NCBI GenBank assembly: GCA_003971905.1 | Contig: RSEE01000046.1 | Location: forward strand, 186,001 to 250,000 | Reading direction: 5' to 3' | Length of the DNA stretch: 64,000 nt | DNA from: Moniliella sp. 'wahieum' | Lineage: Eukaryota | Part shown: one piece after another, positions 36,401-47,600 of the stretch | How the letters are laid out: each line of letters starts with the position of its first letter | How positions within the stretch are numbered: the stretch's first letter is position 1 | Notes under the pieces: generated by a model | What the model was told of the DNA's origin: nothing | Databases searched by the model: none | What the model saw: the letters and a program-made list of their open reading frames with translations, nothing else | Translations under genes and position numbers: made by a program

Positions 36401-36942
36401 ATGGAACGCGCGGGAATGAGGCGTTGGCCCGAGACGTGGGCAAGGCCACTTGGCTAGCACTCTTGGATAGACCTGAATGGGTGTGAACATGCTTGGGCAA
36501 GGACGCGTAGCTTGCGCTCTTGGGTATGGGCACCAGCGTGGGCGGGCCACCTAGTTGCCGACGCGCATCCGTCGGGATGGCAGAGGCGGCAGGACGGACA
36601 TGCGGGCGTTCGCGCGGGTGGCCCTGGAGTGGAGGAGGCTGGGGCTGCGGGGCGGTCAGGCGTGGCTGCGGAGAAGGCCGCTGGGGGGAGGGGGTGACGC
36701 TGACGGGAGCGATGGTAGTGTTGCTGGGTGCGGCTGGGGCAGGGGCCGCATCGAAGGCTTGGAGCGCGTCGGCAAGATCGAAGCCGACGACGGAGTAGTG
36801 CAGCATGGGCAAAGCGTCGGGCGAGGCGGCGGGCAGAGCGGCGGGTGGAGCGGCAGGCGGAGGGGGGGGCGGGGCGGGGTGGGGGCGGGGATGGGGACGG
36901 GAGAGGAGGGCGGGAGGTGGGCTGGCGGCGGAAGAGACCCAT
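33437..36942 (-). CDS. Hypothetical protein with an F-box-like segment and an apparently structured C-terminal domain
   Basis: Low-complexity N-terminus; ILATLLHYLDIDDVVELGMTCRAIR (F-box-like); GDVVWDVAVGTERNEGKSIYDGTFIR, an intron at ~34110-34203, then DLSFTYD...PPGWYHNVI...DAGWDGELHLELEGTAE. Ends approximate. Confidence 0.6.
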
Positions 36943-37463
36943 GGTGTGTGGTGATGGTGGTGGTGGGCAGGGCAGAACGCAGCCGAGCAATGCAGACGAC
37001 GCGAGGGGGCTGTGTGCTGCGGGGGGGGGGGGGCTAGGCGGAGAATGGCGGGAGGATGCTCTTCTGCTGTAGCTGCTGGTGCTATGCTGCTGCTGGGCGT
37101 TCCCATCGGCGTGCGCCCCCACTGAGCGCGGGGCAGCACGGGGCACACGCGTATATAGTAGGCGCTGCTGCCCTTGCAGATCCCTAACCCCCGCACCTGA
37201 TGCGCCACAGCGCCCCGATCGCCACCCACCTGTCACACCAGCAGCTGCCCCGTGCGGCTGATCGATGATGGATGCGCTGGGCAGCCGATTGCCAGGCGCA
37301 TCTGCGGTGGGGTGACTCCTGGGACAGGGTGCCTAACCGAACCGGCCTACCCAGCAGCTGCGTCCCATCGCCGTCCGCCTGCCTCTTCTGCTATCACACA
37401 TGTATCACACAGCACTAGCACTCGACCATATATATGCCATCCCCCATGCCCCCGCCGCCCGCC

Positions 37464-40400
37464 TCAGGCCAGGTACCCGTTCGTCTTGAGCCAGTCCTCC
37501 ACGTCCCCCCGCGCGCGCGCCAGCCAGCCTGCGCGCGCACGCACGCTCTCCAGCCCCTGCGACAGCGCCATGGCGTAGCGCCTTACGTCCTTGGTCCCAA
37601 AGAACGCCTCCACCGCCTCGGCGTCCTGCTCCGTCGCCAGCCCATCGAACGACGACTGGATCAGCCGGCCCAGGCCAAAGTTGCCTGCGAACCGCTCGGC
37701 CAGCACGTCGTACCTTGCCTGCGTGCATGTCCACAGCGCACGCCGCGATTTCGGTCTGATCGACATCCCCCGGAAGTAGTGCAGAAAGTCCTGCTCCTTC
37801 ACCTCCCCCGAGTACAGGAACGCCACTGTCCGCTCCAGCAGCAAGGCGTCCTCCGTCGCACACATCCCGTACATGCTTGCCACCTTGTGCGCCGGCGTCG
37901 CCGGCGTACGGTAGATCCCCAGCAACGCCTCGTACTCCTTCTCGCCACCGTACTTGACTGCCGTCATGTACACCGGCACAAGCAGATCCGACGGGATCGT
38001 ATCCTTGCCCTCGAGCATGGCCGCGTACAACTTTTGGATCTCTTGGACCGTCCATGCGTCGCCAGCACTCGCTGCACCACCATCGCCTGTGTTTCGTCCT
38101 CGCGTCAGTTCTCTGCATCCTCCCACATCCAACAGGGAAGGGGCAAGGGGGGATTGCGGGATCCAGATCCAACGTACCAATTCCCGTAGCTGCTGCACGT
38201 CTACCGAATCGTCTGCTTTGCCCTCAAACCCGAGCGCGTGCGCCTTGGGCCCCCAGAACTCGGCCTGGAACTTCTTGATTGCCTTCTGGACCGGCTCGGG
38301 CTCCTCATACCACACCGAGCTCAGGTCCGAGAAGACCTTGAGCGCAGCCGAGTTGACCAAGAAGGATGCCTCCCGCTCCATCTTCTTGAGCAGCGTCAAC
38401 GTTCCACTGGTCGTGGCGTACCCGGCCCGGGCGAGCGTATGCGCATCGTTCACTAGCCCCACCCGGTCTTCCAACGAAACACCGACTCGGCCCGTGCTGC
38501 TTCTTCGCCCAGCAGAGCCAGACGCCCAGGCGTATACGCAACACGGTACACACCCCACCGTATCTGCGTTTCAACTTCCACGGCACACTCGACGCCCCCT
38601 TGAGCATGATCTTTGTCTCTCGCTCTTCCTTCAGCACAAGACTAGTGTCCACCCGTGGCGCTCCGTCGCTGCCCACCGTCTTGAGGTTGAGCGGCACGTA
38701 CCACAACGTTCTCGTCCTCCTCGGGTTTCACGTCGCCCGTAGCGAGGAACCGGTTCTGGCGCACCGTGATCTCATCCCCTCCTCGGTCACCGTCAGAACG
38801 GGGAAACCTTGCTTCAACACCCACTTGCTCATGATCGCTGCAATGTCCAGCCCGGACGACTGGGCAATACCTTCCCACAAGTCCTCTGGATTCGCGTTCC
38901 CATACAAGTGCTTCTTGAGGTACAACGAGGTGCCCTGGAGGAACACTTGTTCCCCGACCATCTTCATCAGCATGCGCAGAACCGATGCGCCCTTGGAGTA
39001 CGAAATCGCATCGAAAATCTCATTGATCGCAGCTTCCACGTTCTCCCCCTTGAGAGGGACCTGGATCGGGTGCGAAGACCGCTTGGCATCCAACTCGAGT
39101 GCACGCGTTAGGTGCGCCACAATGAATTCTCGGTTGGACGTCCACTCGGGCCAGCAGCGGTCTAGGATGATCACTTCCCCCGCCAGCGAGGCCCAGGCCT
39201 CATTCAGATACAGACTACCCATCCGTCAGTGTCAGACTAGCTACCCTTTCTTGGGCATCAAGAGAGGGGAAGAAGGGGGGGGGGAGAAGCAGGTTAGGGG
39301 GGGGGGGAGAACCGGTGGGGTACGTACCTCTCCCAAGAAGCCATGGTGGTGATATTGCCAAACCATTGGTGAGCGCATTCGTGGCTTTGCACGCTGGCCG
39401 CGAGCTTGCGTGCGCTCAGTCCGCCCTTTTGTTCGTCGACGAGGTAAATCGAGGTGCGACCAGTGATCAGTCCCCAGTTCTCCATCGCGCCCGCATCAAA
39501 GTCACTCGCAACGAGCGTGTCGAGCTTGGGCAAAGGGTAGGGAATGTCAAACACCTTTTCGTACTCGGGCATAACGCGCGTGGTTACCTCGAGTGCAAAG
39601 TGCGCTTGGTGGATGTACTCTGGCGTCGTGTACACTTTCACCTCTCACTGTCTTCCCTGTCAGAGGGGAGGTGTAGCTCGAGCCAAGGTGGAGGAAGGCT
39701 CCATTGGCAAAGGCTACCAGATACGTCGACATGAGCGGCGTCACGTCAAAGCTCGTTACCGTCCATTCGGCCTTATTGTTGTTGTTATTGTCCACCTTTG
39801 AAGTAGCTTCGGGGAGGGGGAGTACCTTGTCCTCCTCTAGCTCCAGCTCCGTGGCGCGCAAAAGGTCCCGCATCTCGCTCTCTGACACGCTCGTCGTCTT
39901 GATCACGGGCATGTTGCCTAGTGCCACGGTCTGGGCACGATGGATGAGACGAACAGCAAACGTCGCTTTCAACGCTGGCTCATCAAATGAGGGAAACACC
40001 TTGCGCGCTGACGTGGGCTCAATTGCGTCAAGGCATAAAACCCTTTTTCCCCTTGTGCTCCCAGCTGGACCGGTAGTACCCCCCCCGACCCGCCATCGAC
40101 TTATCAATCTCCCCGCCAAACGCAATGGTCAAGCGCACCTTGGTGCCTGGTGGAACAGCATGGGGAAGACGTAGCGTGTGCCACGTTCGTGCTCCGTGTC
40201 AACTCTCCGCGAACAAGGATAGAGCCCGCAACAGCTGCAGCATCACTACTGGTCAACCCATCGCTCTCCACTAGCACCTTGCTCACGACGAGCTTGCTCC
40301 CCACATTCAGCGTTAGCTCCGCGTCTCCACCAACGTCTCCACAGCTCACGCCACCACACCCCGTAATGTCAGCTGCCCAGTCCGACTTGACAAGCAGCTC

Positions 40401-40523
40401 GTAGTGCGTTGGCTTGGCCAGCGCAGGTAACGTCAGCCACGGGTTCGTCGTCGTCGCCGTCGCCGTCGCGCTCTCGGTCGCAGTCGCAGTCGCAGTCGCA
40501 GTCGCAGTCACTGTCGGTGCCAT
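37464..40523 (-). CDS. APE2: M1-family zinc aminopeptidase (Ape2/Aap1, puromycin-sensitive type)
   Basis: EPTSARKVFPSFDEPALKATF, TPLMSTYLVAF, YPLPKLD, GAMENWGL, HECAH-x18-E (across an intron at ~39216-39326), IFDAISYSKGASVLRML, and an ERAP1-like C-terminal domain. Confidence 0.93.
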
Positions 40524-41164
40524 GGTTGCGAGCTGTGGTGAGCGGATGGGCGAAGCGAAGGTGGTCGAGCGAGGTAGAGGACCACACGGCATGTCGCAGT
40601 TAAATACCAACAATACGCCAGTCTCTCGTCGGCCCACTGGCTAGCCGACCGCGCGTCTGTGGTCGCCCAAATAATCTGAAGCTCGAAGCCGCATGCGTTA
40701 TGCATTCGTACACGCGGAGCCTCGCGGTCGAGTCAAGCTTCAAGCTTCAGGCCCTTCAGGTTAGCTTCAAGTGTTCCTGTTGATATCGATCGACGATCCC
40801 ACACGCTTTTCGTCACGCGTCACGCGTCACGCTCCCACCCACGTGGCTCGCACGCCGCCACGCCATGTGCCACCTCTACTAGTCCCCAGCAACGCGGTAT
40901 AAACCCACGCGCCGGTCCACGGTCCGCCTCGGCGCCGGCACCAGCACCAGCGCGGGTTGCAACCATGCAACCATTGTGCATTGAGCATCGAGGGTATTGC
41001 CGGGTACCACGTACCACGTCGCGCGCACCGCGGCCGGCGTGCCTCGGCGCAAGGCACGTTGCAACCGACCAACCAACTGCGTGATGGCACGGGCGGATTG
41101 AATATTGGTTAGGGTGGGGAGTATCCTACTGCCTTCTGCTCCCGGCCTTGGGTCTCTTGTTCTG

Positions 41165-41240
41165 AGATGTGAGGGTGAGGATGTGAGGATGTGAGGATGT
41201 GAAGATGTGAGGATGTGAAGATGTGAGGATGTGATGATCT
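41165..41240. repeat. (GATGTGAG)n octamer tandem repeat
   Basis: Directly visible, ~8 imperfect units. Confidence 0.85.
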
Positions 41241-42718
41241 GATGATCTGAGGCGGGTTGGGCGTTTGGCGTTTGATGGGTCCAGGAAATTACCCATTTGG
41301 GTTTCGGCCATTTACCGTACGGGTACCGGATACCCAAGGCGCTGCAACCTGCAACCTGCACTGTGGGCACCAGGTACTAGGTACCAGAGACCGTGTGCCA
41401 CGTGTGGGATGCAGCGAGACTGTTCCGATGTCCCGACGTTAAACGTTAAACGTTAACGGTGCAAGCTTGAAGCTTGAAGAGTCCGCGTGCACTTCCTTCG
41501 GCCCTCTTCCAGCCCTCGTCCGAGGCTAAGCGCCAATCCCTCTACTGTGACCATATGATTGGCAGAGCTGGAGGCTGGGACAAAGAGACACTGTGAAGAG
41601 ATGGTTGTAGAATGAGATATCTTCTCCCTCCTCTGCCCTCCGCCTGGTCCCTCCCCCCTTTCGTTGTGGACCTTAGGGTGGTTGTGTGGTTGTGGCCCCG
41701 ACGCATGCTTGCGATAGGAGTTCAATATTGCAATCCGGAAAGCAGGGCTTCGTGCGACGTTTGTCTTTTTTTTTTTTTTTTTTTTTCGGGCCAGTACGTT
41801 AGGTCTGGCGGAGAGCAAGGTGGAGGGCGTCCACGTCCGTCCAAGACTCCAGCTTCAGGTTGAAGCTTGAAGCTTGTAGGGTGGTTGAGTCGGCGAGGTT
41901 GAGGTTCAAGGTGAGATTCAAGGTAAGCGTTGAACGTATTGAGCCAACGACCAACGAACACCCTTTCGTCCCACTTCCACCTCCCATCTACCGCAAACCA
42001 TGCCGCCCCCGCTCGCCCCTGCCACCTTCTTGGCCCAGCAGACGCGCGAGACCCACCCGTCTCCCGCTGGCCCCGATGGCTGGCTAGGATTCGGGCCGGA
42101 CCCCAGTGGCCCCGATCCTCACCCTTCCCCATCCCAACCCCGATCCCGATCCCCTGGCACGACAGCTCCTCCCTCGCTGCCGTTCCGCCCCCCGCGCGAC
42201 GCGCACGACCAGCGCACGGCACACGTCCCCGCTGCGTACCAGGGGTACGAGTTCCATCCCCTCCTCCTTCTTCTTCTTCAACAGCAACAACGTCTGCTGC
42301 TACTGCGCCACTGCTGCTACTGCTGCGGTTGATGCTACCGCTCTCTCTGCCCTGGGCCTTCCAACCCAGTTGGCTCGACCAAACCCGCCTCACCGGCAGG
42401 GACAGGGCGGCAGCCGCGTCGGCGTCGACCCAGCGTCCTCGCGGTCGTCGGGGTGGGGCACATCCGATCCGATCGGACTCGGCTTCGCATTCGGATTCGC
42501 ATTCCCATGCACTGCACCATGCGTCTGGCAAGTCTACCTTATCTACCTCGTCTGCACCCTGTGGCGCAGGGACTGGCGACCGACCTCTCACCGCCCCCTC
42601 AGGTCGAACAGATCCAGAAAAAAAAACGCAACACACTAAGCCTAACCCGCTGTCGTACGACCCGGTCCCGGTTCCCGCACAGGGCTTGCCCAGTAACGTC
42701 ACGCTCAAAGTCGCTGTG

Positions 42719-44525
42719 ATGCGTGTGCCAGCTTGGCAGTTGCCTTCCGTGCAGCGCAAATACGATGCTGACGTTCAATCGGTTGCTTCCCCCCCTCGGA
42801 ACTCAAGGAAGCGAGCCAGGTCCCCCGCGCAACCGCTGCCGCCTTCCAAGCGCCCACCGCGGCTGGGGCGGGACATTGAGCTCGCGTATTTCCCGGACGA
42901 AGAGACGCGCGAGGCGGAGCCGGGCAGGAGGAACGAGAGGAGCAGCATGTCGGTTCTTCCGAGGACAAAGAAGCACAGGATGGAGAAGAATCCCAGCACC
43001 AACAGCACAACTACAGCAACAAGGAATGGAAGAAGAAGGAGAAAACAACGAAGACGAGGAAGCGTACTGGCTTGGTCTTCCCAAGTGGGTCCGGCCGCAC
43101 GTGCTGATCCGAAAAGAGATATGGAGGAGGAGATGCACAAGTACTGGTATGCGCGCTACACTCTCTTTGCTCACTTTGACCAGGGCTACGTCTTGGACCG
43201 CGAAAGTTGGTACAGCATCACACCCGAGGGCGTGGCCAAGCACATTGCGCGTCGGATGGCGACGATCCTCCAGGCCCAGCGGGGTACACGGGACGCTACC
43301 ACCACGCGCACGAGCGGTGCGGGCGGCGGGACTCAAGGGACCCAACCCACTGCAGGACCCGGGTGGGTGTTGGATGCGTTTGTGGGGCGGGAGGCAACGT
43401 GGTAAGCTTCGCTAGACACTTTGATCATGTGGTAGGCATCGATGTCGATCCTGTCAAGGTCGAGCTGGCTCGACACAATGCTCGTGTGGCTGGTGTGGAG
43501 GATAAGGTGACGATCGTTTGTGCCGATGTGGTCCAGTGGGCAGCCACGTATGCAAGGTTACGTGCGTCTGCGGATGCCAAGCAGCAGCCCAACAACCAGG
43601 AGGAGAAGGAGAGGAGAAGGAGAAGGAGAAGGAGAAGGAGAAGAGAAGGAAAGGAGAAGGAGAAGAGAAGGAGAAGGAGAAGGAGAAGGAGAAGGAGAGG
43701 AGAAGGAGAAGGAGAAGGAGAAGAAGGAATAGGAAAAGGTGGAAACAGAGGCCGATTGGGCCACTTGTCTCAATGGTCGTTTGATGCCATCTTCCTCTCC
43801 CGCCTTGGTGGGGTGGGGTACCGCACCAACCCGCCCCCCACGCCCCAGAAACCAGCGGGGAGGACACAGCGCCAGCCGAAGCAGCTAGTACAGCCTTCCA
43901 TGCCGAAGATGCCGCTGCCCGCCGTCGCCACCACCTCTGGTGCGACGAGCAAGCCGAGGCCAAGACCAAGACACCGGCGTGGGCACAGGCAGAGGCCAAG
44001 GTCGCCGAGCTGGAACACGCGCTGGCCGCAGTGCCGGGCGGGACGGAGACCAAGGCCAAACGCAAGCGCCTGCGGTGGAGGCTGAACCAGGCGCGCACCG
44101 AGCTGCTGGGGCTGTATGATGGGGCGCTGGCGGGGGCGAGGCGGGGCGAGGCGGGAGGCACAGCCAGAGCCAGAGGAGGCGGTGGCGGTGCCAGAGACCG
44201 AGCCAGAGACGGAGAGTGTCTACCGGCTGAGCCGGCTGGCGCCGCTGAGCGGGACGGGGCTGGTGGAGATGTGCTGGCGCAGCTGGGGTCGGCGAACGTG
44301 GCGCTGTTCCTGCCGCGCAACACGGGGTGGGAGGATGTGGGGCAGCTGGGCGCGGCGGCGCACCGGCTGGGCGGGCGGGCGGAGGTGCTGGTGGAGCGCG
44401 AGGTGAATGGGCGCAAGCTGGTCGCTGTCACGTGCTACCTGGGGGGCTGGTGGGGTAAACACCAAGAAGGACGAATGAGTATTGAATGTGCGAATGGAAT
44501 CAAGTGCAAGCAGCGGCGCACGTGA
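42719..44525 (+). CDS. TGS1: Trimethylguanosine synthase
   Basis: KYWYARYTLFAHFDQG...LDRESWYSITPEGVAKHIA, VLDAF(V)GAGGN, IDVDPVKVELARHNARVAGV, FDAIFLS(PPW)GG, and ALFLPRN. Frameshifted; start uncertain. Confidence 0.88.
43601..43735 (+). repeat. (GAGAAG)n purine microsatellite within the TGS1 coding region
   Basis: About 135 bp of near-pure A/G hexamer repeats. Confidence 0.93.
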
Positions 44526-44617
44526 GTAGCTGGAACAGACGGCCACGTGACTGGCTGTTGGCTGGCACCCCTGAGCAAAGCAACGGGGCGGCTGCTGGCC
44601 ACGCTACTACACCACCA

Positions 44618-47600
44618 ATGCCCGACAAGGAGCCTGGCGCCGGCACGCTCTGGCACTTCAGCCGCCAGGAGACGCCCCTCCGCCCCGTCTTTGCGCCCGC
44701 CGCGCCCACGCCGCCGCCGCCTGCGCCCCGCCGCCGCCCCCCGCACACCGCCGCCGGCCCTCGCACCGCGCCACGCCTGTCCTCCTCCCCGCCTCCTCCC
44801 CCCCCCCCGCCCCCGCCGCCGCCCCTCATACGACGCCCCCACCGCCGCCGCCTCCCATCGCCCGCCCCCGCCCCGCCCGCCTTTCCCGCACCCCCACCCT
44901 CCATCCCTGGCCACCACCCCTCCCCCCCCCCCCGACCCCCACCACCGACGCCAATGCCAATGCCGATGCTATCGCCCACGCTGACCCGCGATGCCGACGC
45001 CCGCGCCCACACCCTCTTTTTCCGCTCGCTGCCAGCCTTGGCCTCTCTCCCCCCCAGCCTCTTTCACTCCGCCCGATTCTGTGCCTTGTCTGTGCCGCAC
45101 ACGCACTAGCACACCCGCACCTCCTCGGCTGCCGCCCCGCTCGCCTCCCCCCTGCTCACGCGCCAGACTACCCCCCCGCTTCCTTTGCGTCCAGTTCCCG
45201 CCGGTCTCGGCCCTGTCCCTCCGCCCAAACGCGAAGTGGGCAAAGTAAAGGCCCGCGTGCGAGAGGGCAAGGAGCCCAATGAACCTAAGGTGGCCAAGAA
45301 CCCAGGGAACTCAAGGGAACCAGGGAACCTAGGGAGACCAAGGAGGTCAATGACCCAATGAACCTAAGGTGGCCAAGGAAACCCAAGGAACCCAAGGTGG
45401 CCAGGGAACCTAAGGAACCTAGGAATTCAGGGAACCCAAGGTGGCCAGGAACCCAAGGAACCCAAGGAACCCGAGGAACCCAAGGTGGCCAGGGAACCTA
45501 AGGAACCTAGGGTTCAGGGAACCCAAGGAACCCAGGAACCCAAGGAACCCAGGAACCCAAGGAACCCAAGAAACCCAAGGAACCCAAGGAACCCAAGGAA
45601 CCCAAGGAACCCAAGGAACCCAGGAACCCAAGGAACTCAAGGAACTCAAGGAACCCAAGGAGGCCAAGATCCCAAGAAACTCCCTCAGGAGCGCACGTCT
45701 GAATCGTTTCCTCCACCGCCAATAAAGGGCCGCGCATCCCGCCCAAAATCGCCCCACGGCGCTCGAAGGGCGAGGGAGTACCGTACCTTCTACAGCGTCT
45801 ACACCCAATGAGCTTTCTTTTTGCCCGTCCCCACGCTCCCATCAAGGGGAAAAAGAAGGCCAAACTTCCCATTGTGGACGCGGGTTCGAATGAGGGAGAC
45901 CGCACAGCCTTTCTCAGGAGACCGATGCAGGAGATGACCCCTTCTTCCAGTCGTGCGCGGTACGAAAGATGCGCCATTCCCGACCCGTTCCCGAGAAAGC
46001 ACCGGGAAAAAGGAAAGAGGACAACCACAGCCATGAGCGGGCTTGGGAACAAGCGTACCTCGCCGCCCACGATCTGAGCTCGCTGCCCTAAGCAAGGCCG
46101 TAGCCAACAATACGACCCGCCCCCGAACACACTGTTCGTCCTCCTCGCCCGGTTCCGGGGCCCATCCAGATCCCTCAACTCCACCTGTACCAAGGCCCCA
46201 CCTCCTCCTCCATCACTCCCGTCGGCCGCGGTCCCGAACGGTCGTATCGATATCCCGACCTATCCCTTGCCTGCTGGCCAGGAGTTTGATCCCCTTTTCC
46301 CCTGAAAGCTTCCCACCCGTCCTCAGATGCCCCCCCGAGCAAGCTCTCGCCTTATGCCAGCAAACTCCACCCCCATCTTGGGCGCCCGCCCGCTCCGACC
46401 CGAAACGCGTTCTCCTCCGAGACCCTCAGCACTTTCAGGGCCGTCAGGCCGCCAGTATTTACGGGGTCTTCCGGCCTCCTCCAACACCTGCACCGACGGG
46501 GTCATCCAGGCACCAGGACCTATGAACATGCCCCCACAAGCACCTAGTTGGGAATGCCAGCGCAGGGTAGTACCGCTTTCTCCCCGCCGTCGGCCCTGCC
46601 GGAACTAGGAATGCAACGATCGAGAGTGCCCCAAGCCAGATGCCGTCCGCGTTGCTTCCCTCCGCATCCCCCGCCTGTTGGACCGGGACAGGCTTCCCAC
46701 TTTCACCCACCAGGTCACCCGGGGTACAACCATGCTACCTCTCCAACCTTCCTCGTTCATCCACACCGACCACATGCGATGCGCATGCCCGTCCATCCGC
46801 ATCCGAGCACTATGGCCTCGCCCCTCCCAGGAACAGCAGCACACGGGCCCTCGGTGGCGCTTTGACCATCGAGAAGCCACGCAAGACGCGGTTGGTTCCC
46901 CTCCCTAGCGCTGGACCGCCGCAGCTTGAGTCAACATTATGCACTTGCTGTCCCTGCTGTGCTGCCTGTGAGCCCGATGGGCTCGGAGATGAACCATGCA
47001 TACCCTTCCAGCGCCCCTTCCCATGCGCCTACTCATGTCCCCTCTCATTCCGTACCTCGCGAACGAGACACGTTCCTCTCGCCCCATGCGCCTGCTACCT
47101 CGAGCCTGTCCAACTCGCCTGTATCCGAACAGTCCATCTCCGGTCCTTCTTCCCCATTCGGCACGCCCGCTCATCCCAGTGTCCCTCTCCCTCACGCCGA
47201 GGCGACGAGGCACGGACACATCTCACTTCGACCTCTAGTGCGCCGCCCGTCGGACTGGCATCGCGGAAGACTCGTCGGACGAGTCGGAAGACGAAACTGG
47301 GTCAGAAGAGGAAGATCCAATTGGTTCTGCCAGCAGTGCCGCAGCCTCCCGTCGCCCGCCGAGTACGACACGGGCGCAGGCAAAGATTCCAAGATTGCTT
47401 GGCCTTGGCGCCACTTGACCCGGGACATGTTGGATTCCAACAAGGATCGAGAAGACGAGGCGGAGAACGGATCGAGTTTGGTCATTCATGCTCGTTTTAC
47501 CGTCTTTGCCGTATCGGGTTCCACCATCTTAACCGCACACACCACAAGGTTAAAATTTTTCCGTGCGGGCACCGTCCGTGCTGAGGTGGCGGGACTTACG

